64,000 nucleotides of DNA, from positions 73,844,001-73,908,000 of the forward strand of contig CM059432.1 in the NCBI GenBank assembly GCA_030390025.1, written 5' to 3'. How positions within the stretch are numbered: position 1 is the first letter of the stretch; each line of letters begins with the position of its first letter. This DNA comes from Squalus acanthias (Eukaryota). Shown here piece by piece: positions 39,201-49,825 of the stretch. Below the pieces are notes generated by a model. It made no database searches. It was not told where the DNA came from and worked only from the letters and a program-made list of their open reading frames with translations. The position numbers were made by a program, and so were the translations under genes.

Positions 39201-41154
39201 GGTGTCATAAATTTCTATGATTCTTTGATTCTAGGAAGCCATGGCAAGAACCACCAGGCCTAAATCTTACAAAAACTCATACCATTTCATCGTCAAATCA
39301 GTCCTGAAATCTGATATTCACTTGACAATGAAAAATTGGATGAATTATGTGCTGAATCAGTGCCATCTTACAACCGGAGTTCTTTAGGCTAAGATTCAAA
39401 CCCGTGCCCATTCAGATCAATTTTAGGATAAGTTAGATAAAGAAAGAAAGACTTGCATTTATATAGCACCTTTCACGACCGCTGGACATCTCAAAGCGCT
39501 TTACAGGCAATGAAGTACTTTTGGAGTGTAGTCACTGTGTAATGTAGGAAATGCAGCAGCCAATTCACGCACAGCAAACTCCCACAAACAGCAATGTGAT
39601 AATGATCAGATAATCTGCTTTTGTTATATTGATTGAGGGATAAATATTGGCCAGCACACTGGGAATAACTCCCCTGCTCTTCTTCGAAATAGTGCCATGG
39701 GATTTTTTACGTTCAAATGAGAGCAGATGGGACCTCGGTTTAATGACTCATCCAAAAGACAGCACCTCCAACAGTGCAGCACTCCTTCAGCACTGCACTG
39801 GAGTCAGCCTAGATTGTTGTGCTCAAGTGCCTGGAGTCAGACTTGAACCCACAACCTTCTGACTCAGAGGCAATAGTGCTATCCACTGAGCCACAGCTGA
39901 CCTAAACTATCAATTTAGCACCCTCTCCAAAAGACATACCAATAAACTGTTGTTTCATCGGAGTGAGATTCTTATTTTACAAAATTGGGGGGGGGGGGGG
40001 GGGGGGGATGTCCCGCAGACATACATACCTTTGTGCTCTTTGTGTGGCAAAATAGTAAATGTGTTCATGACCTCACTACAGGTAGCACACAGAAGAAATC
40101 TTCTGTCTATGTTGTGTGCCATAAGCAGTATTACGCTGTTGAGCTTTCTGCTGAAAGCCAGTACTGTAAACTGTGCAGATCTATTCAATCTACACAGGCA
40201 GCTTAATCTACCACACATTATGGCAATTGTTCTAGGAATAAACAATGCATTAGAACGAGATGCATAAATGTAAAAGAACACATTTCATAATCAAATGCAC
40301 AAGTTAAACTATTGGCGCATTTGTTTTACATACCCGATTTGGACTTCAGCAGTAACTGAATGGTATGGCCATCATTAATTACTTCAGAATCCCGACAAAC
40401 GACATAATTTGGTGATAAACGTACTTCCAATAGTGAAGGGTCATACTTCGCCTCCCTGGAGTTCAAATTTATCGGAGATTGATACTCTCCATTAGCTTCA
40501 GGAAACAGCAGTCCCCATTCCACTCCTAAAATAAAACAATTGAATTGTTTGTGTGTCTGTTTTCAGCTAAACACTACATTATACCACAACGCTTACTTTT
40601 AAGGATTTTTCAAACACGGCAAAATTAAAATCAGATTCAAAAATCAAATGGATGTAGTTTTTGCAGGTTGAATTTGGAGCAGCAAGTTACCGGTGACACT
40701 TAGAAGAGCTTGACGACTTACAAGTTGCCGTATTATACACCAAATAATTATTTCTTACATTAGTTGAGCTTCTCGGAGAGTTTTGGACTTCGTGACGAAA
40801 AATCGGCAGAATGTCCCAAACTTCCCAAATGGAGTTTACCGTATACCTACCGTCAACGTGACGAGGTTGGCTGCCACAGGCAAATTAGTACTTTTAAGGA
40901 CAAACATACCTGTCTGCAATAAATCCCTCGCCAAAGAAACAACCCTAAGGATAAAAATATCTTCCAAGTTTATGGAAAATTTTATTTTGATACGATTTAA
41001 AGTGAAGCAATAACATTTATGCCAAAATACCATGTTTCATTTGCACAGTTTAAAAAAAAAAGTTGTTCAAAAGCTCACCTTCTTCATAGCCCCATTCCAG
41101 TCCTTCCTTATCCCCGTAAGGGTCGTTTTCCTCAATGAAAGCGCTGTCAGCCAT
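9110..41154 (-). CDS. CA8: Carbonic anhydrase-related protein VIII (acatalytic), spliced CDS exons 1-7; 3' exon(s) outside the window
   Basis: Manual splicing of 41079-41154, 40334-40525, 31842-31966, 24904-24999, 14251-14313, 9341-9389 and 9110-9222 (76+192+125+96+63+49+113=714 nt) gives [50 protein letters not shown]...EVRFHWG...ELHLIHW...[32 protein letters not shown]. This closely matches vertebrate CA8 as I recall it. All junctions are GT-AG. Confidence 0.97.
9341..9389 (-). CDS. CA8: CA8 coding exon 6
   Basis: [16 protein letters not shown] between CAG and GTAAGT; 49 nt. Confidence 0.96.
9487..10379. mobile_element. Non-autonomous Harbinger derivative (family A)
   Basis: TIR GGGGGAAAAATTCAGT / ACTGAATTTCTCCCCC; flanks ATT/ATA; subterminal TTAGCGCC/GGCGCTAA palindromes; GATCGTGACGTCA and CTATTTAAAG motifs shared with the autonomous copies. 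Confidence 0.8.
11324..11690. mobile_element. pogo/Tigger-like (Tc1/mariner superfamily) MITE
   Basis: 25 bp TIR CAGGAAACTCTCTTTTAACCGGCAC with 2 mismatches; TA on both sides; interrupts a LINE 3' tail (about 11210-11780) resembling 35470-35730. Confidence 0.85.
11900..12130 (+). pseudogene. Degenerate Harbinger transposase N-terminal relic
   Basis: Across frameshifts it reads [42 protein letters not shown], aligning by eye with [40 protein letters not shown] of the 56234 ORF. Confidence 0.6.
13282..13680 (+). mobile_element. tRNA-derived Deu-type SINE
   Basis: Head GCTGTGGCTCAGTCGGTGGTAGCAC...; homologous to the reverse complement of 3811-4259. Confidence 0.8.
14251..14313 (-). CDS. CA8: CA8 coding exon 5
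   Basis: [21 protein letters not shown] between CAG and GTAAGC; 63 nt. Confidence 0.96.
14588..17385 (-). mobile_element. Penelope-like retroelement, 5'-truncated and frameshifted
   Basis: PLE-type RT ([40 protein letters not shown]) followed by a GIY-YIG endonuclease (VYCIRCS..LYIGET..HFNS) and a 3' pseudo-LTR carrying a hammerhead motif. Confidence 0.92.
14644..14680 (-). ncRNA. Minimal type I hammerhead ribozyme motif in the PLE pseudo-LTR
   Basis: AGUU-CUGACGA-A-AGGUC/UUC/GACCU-GAAA-UG-UU-AACU; the stem III palindrome ACGU is altered to AUGU. Confidence 0.7.
17940..18043 (+). pseudogene. Degenerate Harbinger Myb/SANT exon 1 relic
   Basis: [33 protein letters not shown] then GTAAGA; same motif and donor position as WEEIAQAV..TWIQCRKKFNDLTRVVK|GTAAGT at 45813. 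Confidence 0.6.
18608..19317. mobile_element. Non-autonomous Harbinger MITE (family A)
   Basis: Imperfect TIR GGGGGAACAATTGGGTTGC / GCAACCACATTTTTTCCCC; 3 bp TSD TGT. The right ~90 bp resemble the reverse complement of the left end of the 9487 element. Confidence 0.82.
20862..21228 (-). mobile_element. CR1 LINE 3' fragment
   Basis: [24 protein letters not shown] plus an ATTCTATG tail. Confidence 0.9.
21416..23120 (-). mobile_element. CR1 LINE 3' fragment split by a MITE at 22014-22764
   Basis: CR1 sequence is continuous across the MITE (TTTTGTACTCTAT|ATCTCTATTTATAAAG); [12 protein letters not shown] motif. Confidence 0.88.
22014..22764. mobile_element. Non-autonomous Harbinger MITE (family B)
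   Basis: Perfect 13 bp TIR GGGCTGGATTTTG / CAAAATCCAGCCC; 3 bp TSD TAT; clean insertion into a CR1. Confidence 0.9.
24904..24999 (-). CDS. CA8: CA8 coding exon 4
   Basis: [32 protein letters not shown] between CAG and GTAATT; 96 nt. Confidence 0.97.
26540..26896 (-). mobile_element. 5'-truncated Deu-type SINE nested in the CR1 endonuclease
   Basis: Homologous to 3811-4150; CR1 endonuclease resumes to the left ([25 protein letters not shown]). Confidence 0.8.
27699..29243 (-). mobile_element. 5'-truncated CR1 LINE nested in the ORF1 of another CR1
   Basis: [45 protein letters not shown], with a 3' tail at 27699. Confidence 0.93.
30990..31602 (-). mobile_element. Penelope-like element 3' fragment (endonuclease end + pseudo-LTR)
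   Basis: Homologous to 14588-15190. Confidence 0.88.
31090..31125 (-). ncRNA. Minimal hammerhead motif with a mutated core
   Basis: AGUU-CCGACGA-A-GGGU/UUCG/ACCU-GAAA-CG-UU-AACU; U4 is changed to C in the CUGANGA box. Confidence 0.6.
31842..31966 (-). CDS. CA8: CA8 coding exon 3
   Basis: CAG acceptor, [42 protein letters not shown], donor GTAAGT; 125 nt. Confidence 0.97.
32121..33553 (+). mobile_element. 5'-truncated CR1 LINE
   Basis: [37 protein letters not shown] and a CR1 tail. Confidence 0.94.
34125..34415 (+). mobile_element. Degenerate Deu-type SINE fragment
   Basis: Similar to the central and 3' part of the 13282 copy. Confidence 0.6.
34416..35730 (+). mobile_element. Old, degenerate CR1-group LINE 3' region
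   Basis: Decayed RT C-terminal nucleotide pattern (TTAGAATATTGTGTTCAGTTTTAGTCTCC) and a distinct 3' UTR shared with ~11210-11780. Confidence 0.65.
37800..39232 (+). mobile_element. 5'-truncated CR1 LINE
   Basis: [35 protein letters not shown] and a TTTCTATGATTCT tail. Confidence 0.94.
39439..39901 (-). mobile_element. Full-length Deu-type tRNA SINE
   Basis: Near-colinear with 3811-4259; B-box-like GGTTCAAGTC on the minus strand. Confidence 0.82.
40334..40525 (-). CDS. CA8: CA8 coding exon 2
   Basis: TAG acceptor, [63 protein letters not shown], donor GTATGT; 192 nt. Confidence 0.97.
41079..41154 (-). CDS. CA8: CA8 coding exon 1 (ATG at 41154)
   Basis: Reads [26 protein letters not shown], then donor GTGAGC; 76 nt, phase 1. 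Confidence 0.93.
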
Positions 41155-41350
41155 TGAAGACGCTGCCGGGGACTGAGCTGCGGGCCGCTCGCGCGCTGTA
41201 CCCAACAAAGCTCCCCCTGCGGCCCTTCACTGATTGACAGGCGCGCGCAGGAAACGATCGCCAGCCCACAAGCTGCACTTTCCAGGCTGCTCCAAGGTTC
41301 CGTGCTGTGCCCTAACCAAAACATTATGGATATATAAACGGACATTCAAT
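41155..41350 (-). promoter_or_regulatory. Putative CA8 5'UTR/proximal promoter (CpG-rich)
   Basis: GC/CpG-rich stretch (GCGCGCG tracts) directly upstream of the ATG, with an AT-rich TATA-like run at ~41330. The TSS cannot be determined from sequence. Confidence 0.5.
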
Positions 41351-42607
41351 CTTGACTTTAAACAAAAATACACAAATAAACAACTCACCAACTCAGCGGA
41401 AACGGCAATCAGACTAGATGCAAAACAAACAGTGCCACACATTATCTGTCACCTTGGAGAAGTAGAAATGTTACGCTTCCAATTTCTGTTCCAATAATAT
41501 CTGTAGCTAAATGCACTGATACAAGTCTAGAAATATTTAAGCACTTTGCAATTTAAAGTAAAGTGCATTTTTATATTCTGAAACTGTAAACCCCTGGTAC
41601 CATTAAGCCACGTAACAGGCACAGCTGTTGGATTTTTTCACTTCTTTTCCCAGGTTTTACTCAAAGTGGCAGGATATGTGCAACCACTCAAATCTGTCAG
41701 GTGCGTTAACTCTTCCAACCGGTTCACGGGTTAAAGCTTGAGAGTTGTTAGGGCGATGTTCGTGTTACAGGAATGGTCTCACTGAACCGATTTCAGGCCG
41801 CTGGCATGAAACAAAAAATGCATTGAATTATGGTCGCTCATCAGAATGACCCATTTAGTTGACAGATTCGGATTGCAGCAGTAAATTTGCCCAGTATGCA
41901 GCTGAATGTCGAGAATCTTCAAGCGAAGGTTTTTGCCTCAAGTATTAACCCCGTTCCCAGCACAACACTTTGTAATTCAGCCTTGTGGATTATTAAGGAA
42001 CAAAAATTGTTTAATAATTATTTTGTGGATTTCGAGTCGAATTACAGAGAAATTTTGTACAATTTTAGAACAGCACTTGGAGCCATTCACCTCTGCCCTA
42101 CCTTCAGAAGACTTCCTCCACTCTGCAAAGCGTTCGATGAACAGTTCAGACCTGCGACAGGAAGTCTGGCAACCACATTATCAACCAGAACCAGGAGTAT
42201 ATGCCTCCCGGTGTTTTTAAAAGGTTATGTTTTAAAACAAAAATACTGGTAATGTACTTACTGGGATTTTCCCATAACAAACTGTAAATTAGCACTCAAT
42301 AAAATAGCAAATAAATCACAGTTGTTAATCCTTCATCCACTGTCATACTTTGCTACTTGCATTGATTTTACACAGCATCATAAATTCTGAAAGTTACAGC
42401 GTTGAGCAGCCAAATGTCTTTCTGATTAACTACACTATATATACCCCACGTCAGTCGGTGGTTAGACTCAAGAATTGCTGCTCCCAACAACTGGAGCCAA
42501 AAGAGCTCCCAGAATCCAAGTGTGCCAGAATATCATAAAATTCATTGCAACTACCCTGCTTACCAGTCAAGTCCAACTACTCAGACTGGTAGAGCATGAT
42601 GGCAATG

Positions 42608-43025
42608 GTTTTTTTTATTCGTTTATGGGATATTGGCATCGCTGGCAAGGCCAGCATTTATTGCCCATCCCTAATTGCCCTCGAGAAACTGGTGGTGAGC
42701 CACTTTCTTGAACCGCTGCAGTCCGTGTGGTGAAGGTACTCCCACAGTGCTGTTAGGGACGGAGTTCCAGGATTTGACTCAGCAACGATGAAGGATCGGC
42801 GATATACTTCTAAGTCAGGATGGTGTTTGACTTGGAGGGGAACTTGGAGGTGGTGGTGTTCCCATGCACCTGCTGCCCTTGTCATTCTAGTTGGAAGAGA
42901 TCGTGGGTTTGATGGTGCTCCCGAAGAAGCTTTGGCGAGTTGCTGCTGTACATCTTGTAGATGGTACACACTGCAGTCACGGTACGCCGGTGGTGGAGGG
43001 AGTGAATGTTTAAGGTGGCGGTGCC
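42608..43025 (-). mobile_element. CR1/L2-group LINE 3' fragment (second family)
   Basis: Homologous to 54308-54730. Confidence 0.75.
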
Positions 43026-45169
43026 ACTAATGAGGTTTATAAACCAACTGTCACTCTATATTGGTTTATGTTTTTAAAAAATAGCAACTCATGAATTCTA
43101 TACCAAATCTCATGATTTTTAAGAGTTTGTCTCCTGATTTATGAGGCAGTGGGGTTGGCAATACTGCATTGATCACGTTACTCAGAAGATTGACTATTTT
43201 ATAACAATAGGGGATAACCTCTTGACGCTGATTTACAGTAACTGAATAAATCAAATTCTATTTTTATTAAATGGTACTTTGGGATTTTCCTGGTGCTTTG
43301 GGGCTTGAATTCCATAACTATTTCCATTATTCTGTGAAAACTGTAAATGAGTAGCCTTTATTTTATTGTATTCTTTCAGCTATGTATTTAATTTTTATCC
43401 CTTGCCATTTTTAAAGCTGAGAATGCACAACAAGATGGCATGTAAAATGCATCAATTGAAGTTAGATTTATTGTATTTAGTAATACTGGGGAGGACAATG
43501 GGGCATAGCGGCACTTGGCAGCAGTCTGCTGCTTTGGTAGCACTGAGGATTAACCTAGGCTTTGGTTGCACTGGGGAATGGTCCTGGGCTTTAGCAGAAC
43601 TGCTCGGGGAATCCTGAAGTTTGACAGTACTGCAGTGCGGCTTCTGGAGTTTGGCAGCATGGGTGAGTCCCTTAATCTGGTATCACTGTGATGAGGGGAC
43701 CTGGGATTTAGCAGAACTGTGGAAGGCACACTTGAGGTTTGGCACAGCTAGGGGTGGAATATGAAGTTTGGCTCACTGGTAGATTCCTGGTGTCTGTTAA
43801 CAGTGAACGGTGAGGTGGGGAACGGGCCTGACAGCAGTGGGTGTTTGGCAGCACTGGTTTGTGACTTTTTAAGGGATCTATGTGACCATTGAATTTGATG
43901 TTTTGTGATTGGTTTCTGCATGTGTATCTCTCTTCCCCCCACCCCCACACACACACACAGCTGTAAGAAAATATAAACAGTCTATTTATCACCAAAACAC
44001 AGGTGATAATTAGAGCTTTTTATCGACACTACCCTGCCACACCCATTTTACTGAGTCAGGATGATTATGGTTGCAGAGCTTGCACCCAGCAGATCCCAGG
44101 CAACAATTGGGAACCTAAAGCTGTAAGACAGGAACATTTTGACAATGCTGTAGCGAGACCACCACTGCAGCACCTGAAAAAACAGAGGCAAGTTAATGGG
44201 GCACAAGAAAAGGAAAGGTGGGAATTTGCTTTCAGGCCCCACCAAGATAATTCTAAAAAGGTAAGTTTTTTGGGCCTGCATGAAAGAAGAGGAGACCACT
44301 ACTTGGCACTCTCCCTCCATTTGTGGAAATTGGTGCCATTACCATCTCTCCCCAGGCCCACCATCAGCTTCCACCAGGCTGTAATAGGGCAGGGAGTCTG
44401 GACTTTACCTTTCATTGGCATTTGCATGCAATGGGCAGGAAGGGAACGGCAGCAGTGAGTTAGCAGAGGAAAATTCAGCCCTAGTTATCCAAAATCAAAA
44501 AAGTTCTATTTTTAGAACTAACATCCCTCATCTTGATTAACACAAAAGTCTGCACAGGAAAACATATTGCTAGTCTTATTTCCAACTGTGATTCTGACAA
44601 TGGTATTATTATAATTCATGCTTTGTTTCTATGTAACAGGTGCTATATAAATGCAAGTTGTGTGTGTGAAATTATCATTTGAAGGGAAGTGTTCATCTTT
44701 GTGTGAAATATTTATGTCTAACTGAGCTGCATGTGTGGTAGCTATTTTGCTATGAAAAATGTTTTTGTAATTTAAGGTATTTCCAGATCATGAGCTGAGT
44801 TTATAATTTCTAATCAGGTGGCTTCCTCAAAAGGGAAAGAGGGTCATAAAACAGATGAAAGTATCTCATACATGTAAGAGAAATACAAAATCCAGTCAGT
44901 AAATTTAATTGGTATTTGCTAATCCAGATGTAACTCCTCTGTTTACCAGTTAGGTGTGTACGTAAGCAAGGAGTGCAGAAGGCACAATTGAGTGGAACAG
45001 TGAGCTATCACCTCAATTTTGTGCAATGTCAATTCTTACTGGTTTTGCCCCAGCATCAGTTTTACTTTGCCTGGCACACCAACAATTGTTACATACACAG
45101 TGCAAATCAAAAGAAATTATAAAAGGGTTAAAAATACTATGATAACTAATCTGAGCCAGTAGCTCAGAT

Positions 45170-45266
45170 CCTTCTTGTGTTCAGCCTTAAAGGCCTCCTG
45201 CCTCCCTGCAGGTAGAGGACCTTACAGCATCTTTGGACCCCCAGGACCAAGGCCTCCAGTGCCGCA
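45170..45266 (-). repeat. 97 bp inverted duplicate of Myb exon 1 (partner 45615-45711)
   Basis: Reverse-complement identity 96/97 by manual comparison. Confidence 0.93.
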
Positions 45267-45573
45267 AATGCACAACAGTCTGTGGCCTAGAATTGGATAA
45301 GGCACGAAACGGGTGGGGGCATCACCCAGCGCTATTTGCCTGTGCCCATTCAAAGTGGTGCAGGCAGCACGCAAAATTTGTGCTGCCTGCTCATTTACAT
45401 GATTGCACGCTGAGCTTAACGCTAAACGCGCTGCTGATTGGCTTAATGCGCAACAGGAGGGCCAATATTGGGTGCAGTCCACTGGCCAATAAAATGTGAC
45501 CTAGTCACTCTGCACTATTTAAAGGGGAGGTGCTTTGTTGCAGAAGCACCTTATTGTCAGTCTAAACAAAGCC

Positions 45574-47490
45574 ATGGCCCAACAGCTGAGGGAAAGGGCT
45601 AGAAGATTTTCTGATGCGGCACTGGAGGCCTTGGTCCTGGGGGTCCAAAGATGCTGTAAGGTCCTCTACCTGCAGGGGGGCAGGAGGCCTTTAAGGCTGA
45701 ACACAAGAAGGCTCTGGGAGGAGATTGCTCAAGCCGTCACTGCGACGAGTGTTGTCCCCACGACCTGGATCCAGTGCCGCAAAAAGTTTAATGACCTCAC
45801 ACGAGTGGTCAAGGTAAGTGAATGCATCATCAAATGCCATATTCCACCATCTGCATCACAAGCCTCACACACTGTTCAATTCACCACACCCCCCAGCACT
45901 CACCTACCAACAATCTCTACCTATCACCACTCATATCTCACAATCATAGCTTCACCTTAGCCTCACACACTTACCACTGCTGCAAGACTCACGCTCACAT
46001 CTTGCACACACTGTCAACTATTCAACTATGGCAGGCACATTACCCAAACACATTGCACCGCACTCACTGACACACTTCCCTTTGTCTTGCAGGCCAAGGT
46101 GGTGCACAACTGCCGGGAGCACCAGCAGACGGGTGGAGGGGAAGCCAGAGTTGAGAACCTCATGGAACTGGAGGAAGCAGTGCTCGCAATAATTGGAGGG
46201 GCAGTGACGGAGTCCGTGGCAAGTGGAGAAGTGGAAAGCATTGCTGATGATGACGGTATGCTCATACCTAATCCTTGTTCTCACATCCCACTTCCCCCTC
46301 ATCCCACAATCTCTTCTCAATTGCAAGCTGCTGATAGCGTATACATGGATATCTTGCTTCCTCCCCCCTCCCATCACAACAAGACCCTTGTGCATTTCTC
46401 CTTTCAGATACCCAAGAACTGCCAGCAGCTCAGCCTGTCCCTGGCCAAATAGAGGAGGAGAGTGAAGGAGAAGAAGAGGCACCATCACTCGATCTGACAC
46501 TCGCAGACATCAGCTCAGAAAGTGGCACTGCGGGTACTTTAGAGGATAGTATAGAGGCAGGATCTACATAGGGTGAGTCACCGGGCACGAGTGGCCTGCA
46601 GCCAGGCCAGGGGGAAAGGGTAGCTCGGGTGCCAGCTCCCCGGAGGGCGTGTTCACGCACAAGTTCTGCTCTACAGGACTCAGATGAGGGCCTCGATGGG
46701 GCGGCCTTCAGAAGAAGGGTGATGGGCATGCACACAGAAATGCTTGATGCAATGGCAAGCCTGCCAGAGAGCCTCATGTCAATGTCAAGGAGCATGGAGG
46801 AGTCCGGCACCAACATTGCACGGGGTTTTGCGAAGAGATTGGAGTCCATAATTTCCAGGATGGAAATGATTGGCAACTCCGTGAGGGAACTTGTGGACCC
46901 AAACATGGTGCTGGGTGTGATGGGCAATCTCACAGCTTCCATTCCAGCATAGGTGGAAGCGACCCAACATCTCAGTGCTGCAATGGAAGCACAGCTGCTC
47001 TCCTGCAGTCTCAGCTTGCTAACACGCAAGCTCAGACTGCTGGCATCATGGCTGGGTTTACGAGTGTGGAAAGGTGCTTGCAGGGTCTCACAGCAGCCCA
47101 GCAATCTGTCCTCCAACAGATGGCTAGGAATGCTGAGGCGCCGCCCCAGGGAGTGGCAGTGGCTCAGTGGAGCAAGAACCTGCTATCCTCTCTCAGCATG
47201 ACAACATTCCTACTCCCAGCACTGCCACACCGCCATTGTCCTTGCCGCTGCCTGTCATCCAACCAGCCCAGACTGCTGCTGCCCTTGCCGAGGTGCTGCA
47301 GTCTACAGCCAGGCCTTCTAGGGCCAGAGTTGCTCGAGGTCGTCCTGCAAGGCCATTTGTAGTCTCCCCCCACTGAAAGTCAGCAGCTTCCAGCCTTGCT
47401 ACAGCCACTGGGGAACACTTCATAGGTGCATGAGAGTAGGAAAAGGCACACGAAAGACAGACACCTAAGGAATGCACAAGGGCGACTAGT
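45574..47490 (+). pseudogene. Harbinger Myb/SANT-like DNA-binding protein gene, 3 exons (45574-45813, 46093-46255, 46408-~47490)
   Basis: GCCATGG start; RFSDAALEALV..WEEIAQAV..QCRKKFNDL; exon 2 has TGGG; GT-AG introns of phase 0 and 1; exon 3 has in-frame TAG stops and frameshifts. Confidence 0.85.
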
Positions 47491-47659
47491 TGACTTTGTT
47501 CTTTTGATTTGAATTTGATAAATTTATAAATTATGTTTGTAATGTGTGTTTTGTGGTGGCTCTCATTTCGGCTTTGTGCCCAGGTGGACGCTGTGATGTT
47601 CCATGACAGAGGGATGGTAAGTTGGGGAAGTGATGAGAAACGGGGATTTGGGGTTTTAT

Positions 47660-48803
47660 TCACTGGAACCGGAGTCTGATGAGGCGCTCGTGGACAGCCT
47701 GCCTTCTCCCTTCCTCCTATTCCTCTTCCTATTCCCCTTCCTGTTCTTCCTCTTCCTCCTCCTCCTCCTCCTCCTGAAGTGGTCCCGGAACCCATGGTGG
47801 CAAGGGCTGCACGTTCATGATGGCCAAGTTGTGGAGCATGCAGCAGACCACCACGAAATGGGACACCTGCTCTGGCGAGTACTGGAGGGCTCCTCTCGAG
47901 CGGTCAAAGCAGCGCAACTGTTGCTTGAGCACCCCGATGGTCTGCTCGATGACGTTCCTCATGGCAGCATGGCTGACATTATATGAGTGCTGGCCACGAG
48001 TGGTGGGGTTGAGGAGGAGAGTCATCAGCCAGGTGCAGAGCGGATAGCCCTTATCTCCGAGCAGCCACCCTCGGGTTTGACGTGGCGGCTGAAAGATTGC
48101 TGGCACACCGGATTAGCGCAGGATGGAGGCATCATAACTGCTGCCAGGATAGCGGGCATTCACCATCATGATGCATTGTGTGTGGTCGCACAACAAGTGA
48201 ATGGTAGCCTTTGCAGTTATGGAACATCTCAGGATTGGTATGTGGTGCCCGCAAAGCCACGTGTGTGCATTCAATGGCGCCCTGCACCATGAGGAAGCCC
48301 GCTATCCTGGCAAAGCCACATGCGCACTTGTCCTGCTTCTCTCTGCTCAGAGAGAAGATAATGAAGTCCCTTCTCCTGGAGTACAGAGCCTCTGTGAACT
48401 TCTGGATGCAGCGATGGACGGCAAACTGGGAGATGTTAGCTATGTCGCCTGCTCCAGACTGGAAGGATCTGGTGGCGATAAGATTGAGGGAAACAGTGAC
48501 CTTGAAGGCCACTGGGAGAGCCGTCGTCACCCTGCTCTGAGGCTGCAGGTCTGATTTCAGGAGGTGGCAGAGTTCTGTGACCACCTCCTTGGTGAAGCGG
48601 AGCCTCCTAATACTCTGCTCCTGGCTTAGGTGCAGGTAGGAGAAGTGCTCCTTGAAGACCGTAAGTGGGTAAGGCCTCCTGCTGAGAGCTCTCCTGCCCC
48701 TCCTCCTCCTCCCTCTGCGAGCATCTTGTCCTCTTCTTTGCTGCCTCTGCTCCATCTCCCTGTCATACTCGAGCGCGTGGGGGACTGCAAGTAGAGCCCC
48801 CAT
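47660..48803 (-). pseudogene. Harbinger (HARBI1-like) DDE transposase, frameshifted
   Basis: LRFTKE..SFQ..ISQ..GAIECTH (catalytic D changed to E)..KGYHSL..LLGDKGY..IEQTIGVLK..CCMLHN; poly-Glu tail; the TGA overlaps AATAAA. Confidence 0.92.
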
Positions 48804-49725
48804 GACTGGGAGCAAGTGGTGTGAGCAGAAGCCTTTAAATGAGAAGCAAGGGGTTCTCCACTTGCAGCAACACTCCCTGTCATCTCAGCAACTTTAATTA
48901 ACTTTAGAAAGCTCCAAACAGTTGCACCAACTTTGACAGAGCCAGTAGAACTGAAGTCAGCTGCAAGTTGTTGTTGATAATGATCCCTTTAAATAGCGTT
49001 GCTGTGGGCTCCTTCCTGCTGTTGAATGCATGGTCAGCTGGTCATGATTAGGAGAGAGCATTAAATGGAGTGGCGATGTCAAAAATGGCAGATCATGCAT
49101 CAAATCAGCGTTGCACACTCATTGACGTCACAATCTGCCTCATCTAAATATCTGGATCGAGCGCAGGCAACGGCAGCGCTAGCATACTCCCCAAAATGGC
49201 AGCTGCCACGGGACCTACCAGCAGCAGGCGGAAGCAAGGCAGCCGCCATTTTTTCAGCAAAACCGGCCTTAACGGCCGGCGCTAAACCTCTGAATTTCGC
49301 AGCCTATGTGTACAAATTTATTTTGCAGAAATATGAGACGTACTTTTTTTAAAAGAGCTTTTTTACACCATTACCAAGGTGATCGTACCAGTGCTAACAG
49401 ATCTCTCCATGCAATGCTAATTTTGGAAGGGCTGACCCTAATAGAGGAGATAACTAGAACAATGTTTAATGAAGAGCAGGTACCTTGAGTTGTTGGACAA
49501 AACATGGATACTGCTGATCAATATTCAGCCAATACTAATAGTAAATCAATTGCTTTTGTTAATGTCAATGCATCTATCTGCCAATTAAAGCTCAGACATT
49601 TTCTGGGACATAAGAATTAGGAGCAGGAGTAGGCCATACGGCCCATCGAGCCTGCTCCGCCTTTCAATAAGATCATGGCTGATCTTCAACCTCAGTTCCA
49701 CTTTCCTGTCCAATCCCCATATCCC

Positions 49726-49762
49726 AGTTCTGATGAAAGGTCTTCAACCTGAAACGTTAACT
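49726..49762 (+). ncRNA. Minimal type I hammerhead ribozyme motif with an intact core
   Basis: AGUU-CUGAUGA-A-AGGU/CUUCA/ACCU-GAAA-CG-UU-AACU: stem I AGUU/AACU, palindromic ACGU stem III, predicted GUU cleavage site. Confidence 0.75.
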
Positions 49763-49825
49763 CTGTTTCCCTCTCCACGGATGCTGCCTGGCCTGCTGAG
49801 TTTTTCCAGCGTTTTCTGTTGTTAT
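49726..49825 (+). mobile_element. 100 bp PLE pseudo-LTR-derived insertion beginning with a hammerhead motif
   Basis: Flanked by the 12 bp direct repeat TCCCCATATCCC (49714-49725 and 49826-49837); closely matches the reverse complement of ~14588-14680. Confidence 0.88.

Larger units (their letters stand above)
45284..49304. mobile_element. PIF/Harbinger transposon copy 1 (~4.0 kb, two convergent genes, inactivated)
   Basis: Degenerate TIRs GGCCTAGAATTGGA / TCTGAATTTCGCAGCC; flanks TGT/TAT; Myb/SANT gene on + and transposase on -. Confidence 0.9.

Noticed and set aside
41067..41345. 92 aa ORF overlapping CA8 exon 1
   Set aside because: A different frame from the true exon, with no homology; at most a speculative upstream overlapping ORF.
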